From: an uncultured Rhodopirellula sp.
GTDB lineage: Bacteria > Planctomycetota > Planctomycetia > Pirellulales > Pirellulaceae
NCBI GenBank assembly: GCA_964007735.1
Contig: CAXGAI010000015.1
Location: 1-64,000, forward strand
DNA: 64,000 bases
Direction: 5' to 3'
Part shown: piece after piece, positions 19,500 to 29,289 of the stretch
Position numbering within the stretch: the stretch's first letter is position 1
How the letters are laid out: each line of letters starts with the position of its first letter
Translations under genes and position numbers: made by a program
The notes under the pieces: model-generated
The model's database searches: none
What the model was told of the DNA's origin: nothing
The model's input: the letters and a program-made list of their open reading frames with translations, nothing else

Positions 19500-21620
19500 A
19501 TGAACCACCTTCCAAAGATATTTGCCGTCCTTACCTTCGGGATGTTTCCAGCGGTTCTTTTTAATGCGCCGGTAGTTGGTGACGAACCTACAATCATAAA
19601 GAAATCCGAACAGCAAGCGAAGGTTGAGCCCAATATCGTGTTGATGTTAGCGGATGATCTGGGATCATCGGATATTGGATGTTATGGCGGTCCTGTCAAA
19701 ACGCCTGTTTTGGATAGGTTGGCGGCGGGCGGTGTAAAGTTTACGAACTTCTATTCAGCCGCTCCTGTTTGTTCTCCTGCTCGTGCTTCCCTGCTTACGG
19801 GTCGGCATCACTTAAGAACAGGGGTGTACACGGTAATACAGGATCATATGCATGATATGCATCTCGAAGCGAGTGAAGTCACGATCGCGGAATTGCTAAA
19901 GACGAAGGGCTATGAGACGGCTCATGTCGGTAAGTGGCACCTGGGGACACCGTTTCGAGGCAGAAAAAAACCGTGGATCGACGAGCATGGTTTCGACTAT
20001 TGGTTCGCGACGGACCTAAATGCCGCCCCATCCCACAAGGATCCCGTAAACTTTTGGCGCAATCGTGAGCGTGTTGGTGAAATAGAAGGTTATGCCTGCC
20101 AAATAGTCGTTGACGAGGCGATTGACTGGCTTAAGAATCACCGGAATGGCCAAAAGCCATTTTTTATTAATATGTGGTTTCATGAGCCGCATGCCCCTCT
20201 TGCTGCTCCTCCGCAAATTATCAAAGATTATGGGGAACCAGATGATCAGGCCGCTATCTACTCAGCGACGATCGATAATACAGATCGAGCCATTGGAAGA
20301 CTTGTTCAACATCTCAAAACAATCGGTGAATTTGAGAATACGCTCATTATTTATACCTCGGACCATGGAAGTTACCGGCAAGAGCGGAATGGTAATTTAC
20401 GAGCCGGGAAGGGCTCGATGTTCGAAGGCGGCATTAGGACACCCTGTATTTTTCACTGGCCGGATGGAATTGAAGGGGGCCGAATACAGGCTGTCCCCGG
20501 CGCGGCAATCGATATTTTGCCAACCGTTTGCTCGATAGCAGGGGTTGATTACCAATCGGGTCCTCATATTGATGGCTCCGATTTGGTCCCGTTGCTGAGC
20601 GGCTCCGCGGGGGCCTTCCAGCGGCACCAGCCACTCACTTGGCACTCCCCGCTAAGTAATCCTGTTGCCGTTATTCGGGAAGGTGACTACACGCTAGTGG
20701 GATTCCGTCAGGAGGAATTCCCGAAAGATAGTGACGCTATTACCACCGTGATGGCAAAGATGCGTGTTTATTTGGAAAAACATATCGGTAAACAACTCAG
20801 CACGCGTGAACTGTGGCATGAATGCTACAACAATCCCTTAAACACTGCGGAATACAAGAAGTTGCGAGGTGAATTTGTCACCCTGAATTCGTTTCAGGAG
20901 CGATGGACCCCGATGATCAAGTCTGGTGTCGGTGGAATTAGTAGGGTACAGCTTTTCGATCTATCGTCAGACCCAACGCAGCAGAAAGACTTATCAAAGG
21001 ATTTGCCACAGCTGAAAAGCCGCTTGGAAAAGAGGTTAATGATTCTTCATCAGGAGATCATTCAGGAAGCTCCGATCTGGGGAGATGACGCTTTTAAATC
21101 GGGAGAAAATGGGAGTGATTCGATGTTTCCCATTCGACTTCAAACCACCTTTGACGCCTTTGCTTATGTAAATCGGATTCCGACCTTCCCTCGCAAGGAC
21201 GAGACTCAGGATAGTCTGGCGCAACGCATCCTCAGCCGACTGGCCAATCAGGAAGGCCGGATTCTCGTAAAATTGCCGCCGGAAATGAATCACTACACGT
21301 ATAGTGGATTTAAGTTGGCCGTCGAAGGCGTGAACTCCACAACTTCTGGACGTTGTATACGGTGTCATCATTTACCCGGGTTTGCGAGTATAAGTGACGA
21401 TGGTGCTGATGTACCCTCATTGCGTAACAAAAGTTTTTCCTTGCCGATGTTAGAGACGCTCCTTCAAAATAAAACACACCAGGACATCAAATTAAACAAG
21501 ACGCAGCGCATCGAATTATTAGCTTTAATCTACTCCTTAAAAGATCTGTCTGCAGAACAGTATCGAGAGGCAATTTTGGAAGCTACGGTTTTAGATACGT
21601 CAGGAGATGTTAGGAAATGA
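19500..21620 (+). CDS. Arylsulfatase (Cys-type) with a C-terminal c-type haem domain
   Basis: PNIVLMLADDLG, CSPARASLLTG, GKWHLG, TSDHG, EGGIR; C-terminal GRCIRCHH...VPSLRN. Confidence 0.88.
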   Translation: MNHLPKIFAVLTFGMFPAVLFNAPVVGDEPTIIKKSEQQAKVEPNIVLMLADDLGSSDIGCYGGPVKTPVLDRLAAGGVKFTNFYSAAPVCSPARASLLTGRHHLRTGVYTVIQDHMHDMHLEASEVTIAELLKTKGYETAHVGKWHLGTPFRGRKKPWIDEHGFDYWFATDLNAAPSHKDPVNFWRNRERVGEIEGYACQIVVDEAIDWLKNHRNGQKPFFINMWFHEPHAPLAAPPQIIKDYGEPDDQAAIYSATIDNTDRAIGRLVQHLKTIGEFENTLIIYTSDHGSYRQERNGNLRAGKGSMFEGGIRTPCIFHWPDGIEGGRIQAVPGAAIDILPTVCSIAGVDYQSGPHIDGSDLVPLLSGSAGAFQRHQPLTWHSPLSNPVAVIREGDYTLVGFRQEEFPKDSDAITTVMAKMRVYLEKHIGKQLSTRELWHECYNNPLNTAEYKKLRGEFVTLNSFQERWTPMIKSGVGGISRVQLFDLSSDPTQQKDLSKDLPQLKSRLEKRLMILHQEIIQEAPIWGDDAFKSGENGSDSMFPIRLQTTFDAFAYVNRIPTFPRKDETQDSLAQRILSRLANQEGRILVKLPPEMNHYTYSGFKLAVEGVNSTTSGRCIRCHHLPGFASISDDGADVPSLRNKSFSLPMLETLLQNKTHQDIKLNKTQRIELLALIYSLKDLSAEQYREAILEATVLDTSGDVRK

Positions 21621-24097
21621 ATTTTGCTCCAAAGTTAATATTGTTTCTCGTCCTTTTGCAGGCACCGCATTTAAGTGCCGCGGGCAAGGCCACTATTAGT
21701 GGTAAGGTGTTAGGCATAAATGGTTCCGGCATCGAGGGCGTCATGGTTTCAGCGGTGGATGATGAAAAACGCAAATGGGTGTCCGTCTTCACGCAGAAAG
21801 ATGGGACGTTTTCGATAACGGGACTTCGACAGGTTGATCATAAGGTGCGTACACGGTTGATGGGCCTTGCAGACGAATGGCGTAGCGTCGTGAAGGCGGG
21901 CACCAAAGATCTGGTGATCGAAACGAGAGCGGCACTTGGTGAAGAACTTGAAATCCAACGACCTGCCAGCAGTGCCTTCAGTATGCTCAAATTTGAAAAC
22001 CCGCGCGACAAGATGAATTTTAAAATGTTTTGTACTTACTGTCATCAAGTTGGGACGCCTGGTTTTAGAACACCGGAAAAGCCAGTCGATTGGCAGACGA
22101 TGATACGCCGTATGGATGGCTTCGGTGGGTTGTATCGTCACACTCAGGAAACGATAGTCGACCGTTTACGGAAAACGTATTCAGAAGACGGGGTTGCGAA
22201 ATGGCCTAAGTTCAATCCACCCCCTGCCCCGACTGGGGCGGCGGCAGCGGCTGAAATTACGATGTGGGAACTGGACGAATTGCATCAGGGATCGTTTCAT
22301 GATCTGGAAATGGGACCAGATGGTAAAATTTACGCGGTCAACATTAGTAAGGGCCGGTTGATCATCTTAGATCCTGTTTCTGGCGAAACCCAACGGATTC
22401 AATACCCGAAGGGCGCCCATGGTCCCCATTCTATTGAAACTGCAAATGATGGTAGCCTTTGGACGACGATGTGTGCGTCTGGACAGATGGTTCGTTTCGA
22501 TCCCTTTGGACAACAATTTGAGACGTATAGCAGCGCGGAATACCCTAAACCTCGTGGAGGTTATCCCCATACCTTGAGGATTAATCCCCGGGATGAGGAA
22601 GGCCTCATTTGGTATACGGACGCTGGCTCTAATTCGTGTTTTTCATTGCACCCTATTACACATGAGGTCAAGGAATACAAATTACTAAGTGCAGGTCAGG
22701 CGATTGCGGCCGGGCGAGGTGAATCGCGGGGAATTACGCCCTACGGGATCGATTACTCGCCCGTGGATGGTTCCATTTGGTATTCAAAGCTTAACGGCAA
22801 TCGCATTGGACGGATTGATCCCACTCAGGACGATGGTGGAGTGACCGAGTGGAATCCTCCATTCCGCGGTCCGCGTCGCCTACACGTTGCACCGGATGGG
22901 ATGGTTTGGGTGCCTGGGTTTGGTTCGGGGGTCTTCGGGAAGTTTGACCCGGAGAAAGAGAAGTGGACAGTCTACGAACTGCCCGATTCCGAAAATCAAA
23001 CTCCTTACGCTCTCAACGTTGACAAAGACGGCATCGTTTGGATTTGTGGAACGGCAAACGATACGATCAATCGTTTCGACCCAGAATCCGAAGTGTTCGT
23101 GGAGTTTCGGCTTCCAATGAGGGTTTCGTATACCCGGGAAATCGAGTTTGATGATGATGGCAACGTATGGACCAGTACTTCCGGCCCGGCTCGTCATATG
23201 GAACGTGGAGTGGGGGCAGTGATTAAGATTTCGTTACCCAAACAACTACCCGCAGGAGGTGGAGTCAAGCTAGTTCCAAAATACTATGACGGGACGCATG
23301 AAGTGGGTAATTTAGCGGCTGCGCCAAATCCTGTAACTCGCCGTCCGGACAATCGCGCTCTCTTTGCCAAAATCGATAAGGCGGAGATGCCAAAAGCCTA
23401 TTTCGATCAGCCTCATCAAAAATACGTGGATTCCCGAATGGCTCAAATCCACAATCAAAACCGCGACAAGGTTGGTCAGCTGTGGAAGGAGTTCTGTAGG
23501 TTGAATCCGGATCGAAACCGGGATGGCCAGATGTTCGTTCGCATCATGGAATACGTGGCGACGCTTGATGTTGCAGGCTCTCAACGGCGGTTCGTCAGGA
23601 AATGGCAGCATTATAATTTTGGTGGAGCCCTGAACAATCTTGCCGGACGTTCGATCGAACACGGCAAGGTTGTGTTTGAGCAGGCGACGTGTAATCGATG
23701 CCATAGTATTGACGGCAACGGTGCTACGCTTGGACCGGATCTCACCGGCCTTGCAAAGAAATACAACGGCTCCAAGTTGTTGGAGCAAGTGATTCGTCCT
23801 TCATCGCAAATCCACAAGGATTTTCAGCCACAGTTGATTGTTGTGGATACTGGTCAGGTTCTTACCGGAGTGGTGATTACCCAAACGGAAAGACAACTTA
23901 CCTTGTTACCCAATATGTTAAAGCCCGAAAAAACCCACGTGCTAGACAAGTCTTCTATCGATGAGCAGCAAACGTCTTCCGTATCCAGTATGCCCGTCGG
24001 TTTACTCGATACCTTCAGCCACGATGAGATAATGGATTTAATCGCCTATCTTCAGTCAGTCCCCCCTAAGAAGGAGCCGTCTGGATCTGAAAAATGA
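21617..24097 (+). CDS. Secreted protein: carboxypeptidase-regulatory-like domain, CxxCH, Vgb-like beta-propeller, C-terminal cytochrome c domain
   Basis: ISGKV...GVMVSA..DGTFSI; CTYCH; repeated P..I....DG.(I/L/V)W blades; GKVVF..CNRCH...GPDLT...SSMPVGL. Confidence 0.8.
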   Translation: MNFAPKLILFLVLLQAPHLSAAGKATISGKVLGINGSGIEGVMVSAVDDEKRKWVSVFTQKDGTFSITGLRQVDHKVRTRLMGLADEWRSVVKAGTKDLVIETRAALGEELEIQRPASSAFSMLKFENPRDKMNFKMFCTYCHQVGTPGFRTPEKPVDWQTMIRRMDGFGGLYRHTQETIVDRLRKTYSEDGVAKWPKFNPPPAPTGAAAAAEITMWELDELHQGSFHDLEMGPDGKIYAVNISKGRLIILDPVSGETQRIQYPKGAHGPHSIETANDGSLWTTMCASGQMVRFDPFGQQFETYSSAEYPKPRGGYPHTLRINPRDEEGLIWYTDAGSNSCFSLHPITHEVKEYKLLSAGQAIAAGRGESRGITPYGIDYSPVDGSIWYSKLNGNRIGRIDPTQDDGGVTEWNPPFRGPRRLHVAPDGMVWVPGFGSGVFGKFDPEKEKWTVYELPDSENQTPYALNVDKDGIVWICGTANDTINRFDPESEVFVEFRLPMRVSYTREIEFDDDGNVWTSTSGPARHMERGVGAVIKISLPKQLPAGGGVKLVPKYYDGTHEVGNLAAAPNPVTRRPDNRALFAKIDKAEMPKAYFDQPHQKYVDSRMAQIHNQNRDKVGQLWKEFCRLNPDRNRDGQMFVRIMEYVATLDVAGSQRRFVRKWQHYNFGGALNNLAGRSIEHGKVVFEQATCNRCHSIDGNGATLGPDLTGLAKKYNGSKLLEQVIRPSSQIHKDFQPQLIVVDTGQVLTGVVITQTERQLTLLPNMLKPEKTHVLDKSSIDEQQTSSVSSMPVGLLDTFSHDEIMDLIAYLQSVPPKKEPSGSEK

Positions 24098-26538
24098 GGC
24101 ATTGGTGGTTAGTTGTAATTTGGGGCTTGTTTGTTTTTGCCGGTTTTGGATCGGTAGTGGCATTTTCCGACGATGTTATCGACGAGTTTCTGGCGACGTC
24201 GTGCATCGATTGCCATGACAGTAACAGCGTTACCGGGTTTGATATAACCGCTTTATCGTCAGAGTTCAAAGGGGAAAGTCAGTTTCCTAACTGGGTGAAA
24301 ATTTTTGATCGTGTGACTCGCGGGGAAATGCCACCGATCGATGCTGTGCAACCACCATTAGAATTAAAGGCCCAGGCATTGGCCGAAATGGAACAAAGAT
24401 TAACCAAGATAAATCGTGAAAAACAGCAGGTGGCCGGACGCGTACCATCGCGTCGTTTAACACGTGACGAATACGAACATGTCCTTCACGATTTATTAGG
24501 GATCGGCGGGCAAATTGCTAGGTACCTGCCGGCTGAAAATGAGGCGGCGAGTTTTGATGTCGTTGCAGATAAGCAAGAAATGTCAAGCGTTCATGTGCGT
24601 GCCTTGCTTTCCGCCGCCGACCTCGCTTTGGATGAGGCTATCCAGTTGACTTACAAACCCAATCTTGAGCCTCGGGAGCTTGATTACTACAACTCGCCAT
24701 ACCTTCAAATGTGGGTGGATCGAGAATTAAGACGAGGTGGTGGTACTGTCTTTAAGACTGACAAGGACGTAGTAACCTTTCGCGGGGCCAATTATGTTCT
24801 TCGTTCAGACAACAACGGAATGCGTTTTGCCGTGCCAGGCGAATATCGAATAACGGTCACTGCTGCCGCACATAATCCACGCTCGTCCATTACGGTTAGC
24901 CTCAAGCGACAAAACGATCAACAAGGTCAGAGCGAATTGTTTGCTGCCTGGGACCTTGTCGGTCAGGAGTACCGTACCGTATCAACTACGAAGTATTTAC
25001 GCCCCGATGACTATATCTACGTTAGTGCCGACGAATTAGATCCAGCCCCGGATGGAAAGATTATTTATAATCGAACCGCTCAGCCAGCCAGCCACTTCAA
25101 GGGTGAAGGCGTGCGTATCCGGAACGTCGTGGTACAGGGGCCTCTGGAAAAGGTGTGGCCGCCACAAAGGACGCGGGACTTGTTCCCTGGCGTAAGATGG
25201 GAGTATCGGAAACCGGAAACGCGAGGAAACAATCGCGTTTATTATCCCGTGTTAACGAAGCAACCCCTCGAGCATATACGGGATAGTGTCGCGGCGTTAG
25301 CGCCGCGGGCGTTCGGCCGCGAAGTCTCTACGCAGGAAATTGATGCATATGTCTCGCTCTCGGGGTCAGTGCTTGAGTCAGGACACGGATTTCTGGAAGC
25401 CTCACGGGTTCCGCTAAGAGCGATTTTGGTTTCCCCGGAATTGCTGTTTCAGACGGGCGATCGCGGAGTGTTGGATGACCTTAGTCTGGCGAAAAGACTG
25501 GCAGCGTTTTTGTGGCGAAGTCTGCCGGATCAAGAATTACTGGAATTGGCAGGGCAAAATCAGCTTTCTAATTCTAAGGTCTTGTCCGCTCAAGTGGATC
25601 GAATGTTATCTCATGCTAGATCACAGCGATTCGTGCTTGAGTTTCTTGATCAATGGCTCGAGTTACGTCGCATCGATGAAACCACACCTGATACGTATCT
25701 GTATCCCGAATACGACGACGTATTACGGCAAGCAATGTTAGGCGAGACGAGAGGGTTTGTTGATTATTTGATAAAAGCGAATTTAAGCACTGACAACCTG
25801 ATTGATTCAGAGTTTGGCTTCCTGAACCGTAAACTGGCCGAACACTACGGGATTGCAGGCGTACTGGGAGAACATATACGAAAGGTTAACCTTCCAGAAA
25901 ACAGCGTGCGTGGCGGTATTCTCACGCACGCTTCGATTGCAAAAATTACGGCTAATGGCACCGTCACAACGCCTGTGAAAAGAGGTAATTATGTACTGGC
26001 CACACTGCTCGGGTTGCCTCCCAATCCACCCCCGCCAAATATCGGCTCGATTGAACCGGACACCAGAGGCGCCACAACCATTCGTGAAACACTTGCCAAA
26101 CATCAGGAGAACGAAACGTGTGCAGTTTGCCACCGGAGAATAGATCCGCCAGGTTTTGCTCTCGAATCGTTTGACCCCGTCGGCAATTATCGGGAACGAT
26201 ACCGTAATAGCCGTGGGGTCGTACGAGAAAAAAATGCTGGTCTTCGTTACCTCCATGTGGATTATGATTTGGGAAATCCAGTCGATCCATCGGGGAATAC
26301 TGAAAATGGCGATTCCTTCCGTGGCATCCGTGACTATAAAAAACACCTTCTCGGTTTTTCAGAACAGGTGGCGCGGAATGTTGTTTCAAAATTAGTCGTC
26401 TTTTCGACTGGCGCTGAAATTGAATTTGCTGACCGAGTAGAAGTTGAAAGAATTCTGGAGAAAACAAAGTCTGATGGATACCCTATGAGGACTTTGATTC
26501 ATCAGGTCGTTCAAAGCAGACTGTTTAGGGAACGATAA
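24094..26538 (+). CDS. DUF1587/1592/1588/1585 protein with two c-type haem motifs
   Basis: CIDCH, EMPP, RRLTRDEY, LA.FLWRSLPD, RGGILT, PVKRG, CAVCHRRIDPPG. Confidence 0.9.
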   Translation: MRHWWLVVIWGLFVFAGFGSVVAFSDDVIDEFLATSCIDCHDSNSVTGFDITALSSEFKGESQFPNWVKIFDRVTRGEMPPIDAVQPPLELKAQALAEMEQRLTKINREKQQVAGRVPSRRLTRDEYEHVLHDLLGIGGQIARYLPAENEAASFDVVADKQEMSSVHVRALLSAADLALDEAIQLTYKPNLEPRELDYYNSPYLQMWVDRELRRGGGTVFKTDKDVVTFRGANYVLRSDNNGMRFAVPGEYRITVTAAAHNPRSSITVSLKRQNDQQGQSELFAAWDLVGQEYRTVSTTKYLRPDDYIYVSADELDPAPDGKIIYNRTAQPASHFKGEGVRIRNVVVQGPLEKVWPPQRTRDLFPGVRWEYRKPETRGNNRVYYPVLTKQPLEHIRDSVAALAPRAFGREVSTQEIDAYVSLSGSVLESGHGFLEASRVPLRAILVSPELLFQTGDRGVLDDLSLAKRLAAFLWRSLPDQELLELAGQNQLSNSKVLSAQVDRMLSHARSQRFVLEFLDQWLELRRIDETTPDTYLYPEYDDVLRQAMLGETRGFVDYLIKANLSTDNLIDSEFGFLNRKLAEHYGIAGVLGEHIRKVNLPENSVRGGILTHASIAKITANGTVTTPVKRGNYVLATLLGLPPNPPPPNIGSIEPDTRGATTIRETLAKHQENETCAVCHRRIDPPGFALESFDPVGNYRERYRNSRGVVREKNAGLRYLHVDYDLGNPVDPSGNTENGDSFRGIRDYKKHLLGFSEQVARNVVSKLVVFSTGAEIEFADRVEVERILEKTKSDGYPMRTLIHQVVQSRLFRER

Positions 26539-27800
26539 TGCATATTCCAATCTCGCGACGTGAAATCTTAAAAGCTTCCGGAGTGCTGGTGTCACTACCT
26601 TTGTTAGAAGCTATGAATCCTGTTCTACTTGGGCAGGAATATAGTGCTCCTAAACGAATGGTGATGATTTGTAGTACGCTTGGTCTGCATTCGCCTTCCC
26701 TTTATCCCCAGACAACTGGGAAGGATTATGAAACGACCGAATACCTTTCCGTTCTTCAGGAACATCGTGAAGACTTTAGTTTATTTGCCGGATTATCTCA
26801 TCCGGAGCAAACCGGTAAAGAGCCGCATGATACTGAAATGACGTTTCTGTCTTCCGCGCGAAACCCTGGTCTGGGAGGATTTCGTAATTCTATCTCCGTT
26901 GATCAGGTCGCCGCATCTCATCTGGGCAGCCAAACTCGCTTTTCATCCGTTGCCTTAAGTACGGAAGGTGCTGAAAGCCAAGCTTACACGGCTAATGGTG
27001 TTATGATTCCGGCGGAACACAAACCATCTGAGTTGTTTGCGAAGATGTTCCTGCAAGGGAGTCCTCGTGATGTGCGACGTCAGAGACAGCGATTGGCGGA
27101 AGGGCGTAGTATTTTAGATCTGGTGGGCGAGCAAACGAAAAGATTGCAGGGTAAAACGAGTGGTTACGACCGCCGACAATTAGATCAGTATTTTGAGTCA
27201 ATTCGTGAGGCAGAAAAGGATTTACAGGACTCAGAGGCGTGGCTGGATAAGCCGAAGCCGAAAGTAGATGTTGGCATACCGCAAGATATTGCCGAAAAAG
27301 CCGATCTAGTCGGCCGAGTTAACAGTTGGTTTAAAATGATTCCGTTGATTTTGCAAACTGATTCCTCTCGAGTTGTGAGCATGGTGATTCAGGATCATCT
27401 CGTTGTACCGTCAATCAACGGCGTGACGGCTGAACATCATAACCTGTCGCATCATGGTCAGGATCCGGGTAAGATCCGTCAGTTAAAACTAATTGAAAAA
27501 GAGATTCTGGGCACCTTCAATCAGTTTTTGACATCTATGGCTCAGACGCAGGAATACGGTAAACGCTTGTTGGACAGTACCTCGGTTTTATTTGGTAGTA
27601 ACCTCGGCAATGCAAATTCACACGACCCAAGGAATCTACCTATTTTCGTGGCAGGTGGTGGTTATGCGCATGGCGGATTTATTAAAGCAGGTGAAAAGAA
27701 GAATAACACTCCACTATGTAACCTTTATGTAAATCTTTTACAGCGTATGGGTGTGGAGACAGATACGTTTGGTACGAGCGAGGGTGTTCTTCGATTTTGA
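26538..27800 (+). CDS. DUF1552 family protein with twin-arginine signal
   Basis: SRREILKA..LPLLEAM, ISVDQVAA, HHNLSHH, LLDST, GNANSHDPRNLP; TAATG coupling. Confidence 0.9.
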   Translation: MHIPISRREILKASGVLVSLPLLEAMNPVLLGQEYSAPKRMVMICSTLGLHSPSLYPQTTGKDYETTEYLSVLQEHREDFSLFAGLSHPEQTGKEPHDTEMTFLSSARNPGLGGFRNSISVDQVAASHLGSQTRFSSVALSTEGAESQAYTANGVMIPAEHKPSELFAKMFLQGSPRDVRRQRQRLAEGRSILDLVGEQTKRLQGKTSGYDRRQLDQYFESIREAEKDLQDSEAWLDKPKPKVDVGIPQDIAEKADLVGRVNSWFKMIPLILQTDSSRVVSMVIQDHLVVPSINGVTAEHHNLSHHGQDPGKIRQLKLIEKEILGTFNQFLTSMAQTQEYGKRLLDSTSVLFGSNLGNANSHDPRNLPIFVAGGGYAHGGFIKAGEKKNNTPLCNLYVNLLQRMGVETDTFGTSEGVLRF

Positions 27801-27834
27801 TCGGGGAGTTGATGGTGGTTTTGTCCGGACATTA

Positions 27835-29268
27835 TTACGGACATTCAAAATCCGGGTTAGGTAGCATTTTCTCCGCACCAACAGAGACTTTCCAGGCTTC
27901 TAACTCATTTAGTAATCTGTCAGTCAGTTCCGTTTCCTGCATGGCTAGATCATTTTTCTCAGAGAGGTCGTTTTCAAGGTTATAAAGTTCAATGCCGGCA
28001 GGGTCGTAGGTTTGAATCAGCTTCCATTTTCCTTTGCGAATTACACTCGATGGCACGCTGGAAGGGTGACCGTTGTAGTGTGGGTAATGCCAGAATAGAG
28101 CGCGTTCTTTGATAACGCCCTTTCCGTCGAGTAAGGGGGTTAAATCTAATCCATCCTCGTGCTGATTGGACAATAAGGGAAGACCTGCAGCCGCAAGGCA
28201 TGTAGGGTACAAATCAGCGCTTGTGGAAGGCGTGTTTATGACAACTCCCTGCTCTGCCACCCCGGGCCATTTAATGATCAAAGGCACTCGGATTCCGCCT
28301 TCGTAATAGGCGCCTTTATTAGCCCGCAGGGGTGCGTTGGAAGTCGCTTTCCAAAATCCACCATTGTCGCTGGTGAAAATTACCACGGTGTTGTCGGTCA
28401 AATCCATCTTCTCTAGCGTTTGCAATATTTGGCCAACACTATCGTCGATGCTCTCAACCATTGCGGCATAAGCAGGCAAACCTTGACGTTCTCCTTTGGA
28501 AATCTTTTCGTATTTGGCGGTCACTTCTTGTTTCGCCTGGATAGGAGTGTGTACGCCATAATGAGGGAAATACAGAAAAAAGGGTTGTTCGTCGACGTCG
28601 CTTTGTCGAATGAACTTGACGGCCTCCTTGGTAAGACGGTCGGTAAGATATTCCCCCGGTTCACCATCTTGGAGAACCTTCCAGCTGGCCCTTTGGTTTG
28701 TCTTGGGTATCTTCCAACTACCGTTATACGGGAAAAAGTAATTTCCCGGATTCCCGTGCGGATTACCACCTACATTGAACTGAAATCCGTGATGTTCAGG
28801 CATACCGAAAGTTTCTGTACCCAAATGCCATTTACCGAAATGACCGGTACGATAGCCAGCGTCGCGTAATGCCTCAGCGATCGTATACTCCTCCCGTGGC
28901 AAGTCGCGCAGAAAACGCCCTTCCCTTAATCGGGCTTTTGGATCCCACCTGCCTGAAGGCAGCCATTCGGTCATCAAGGTTCGGGCGGGATATTTACCGG
29001 TCATAATGGCTGCACGGGTCGGTGTGCAAACAGCGCAGGCGGCGTAGGCATCGGTGAACCGGACACCCTGTTCCGCGAGTAAGTCGATATTGGGTGTTTG
29101 ATAATAAGTACTTCCCTGACAGCTCAGATCGCTCCAGCCCAGATCGTCAATAAGGAACAATACAATATTGTGTTTGTTTTGCGCAGTGGTCGTTCCCAGT
29201 AAAATAGAGTGATAAACCAGAATGCTGAGGACAAATAAATGGCGGGTTTTAATGTTGTGAGTCGGCAT
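27835..29268 (-). CDS. Sulfatase (Cys-type, arylsulfatase/GalNAc-sulfatase-like)
   Basis: IDDLG, CTPTRAAIMTG, GKWHLG, TSDNGG, YEGGIRVP, FWHYPHY. Confidence 0.92.
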   Translation of the reverse strand: MPTHNIKTRHLFVLSILVYHSILLGTTTAQNKHNIVLFLIDDLGWSDLSCQGSTYYQTPNIDLLAEQGVRFTDAYAACAVCTPTRAAIMTGKYPARTLMTEWLPSGRWDPKARLREGRFLRDLPREEYTIAEALRDAGYRTGHFGKWHLGTETFGMPEHHGFQFNVGGNPHGNPGNYFFPYNGSWKIPKTNQRASWKVLQDGEPGEYLTDRLTKEAVKFIRQSDVDEQPFFLYFPHYGVHTPIQAKQEVTAKYEKISKGERQGLPAYAAMVESIDDSVGQILQTLEKMDLTDNTVVIFTSDNGGFWKATSNAPLRANKGAYYEGGIRVPLIIKWPGVAEQGVVINTPSTSADLYPTCLAAAGLPLLSNQHEDGLDLTPLLDGKGVIKERALFWHYPHYNGHPSSVPSSVIRKGKWKLIQTYDPAGIELYNLENDLSEKNDLAMQETELTDRLLNELEAWKVSVGAEKMLPNPDFECP

Positions 29269-29289
29269 AGTGAATAGGTGTAGGCAGTG

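Noticed and set aside
21617..24097. Streptogramin resistance (vgb) gene
   Set aside because: Only the propeller fold is shared; the signal peptide, two haem motifs and operon context argue against it.
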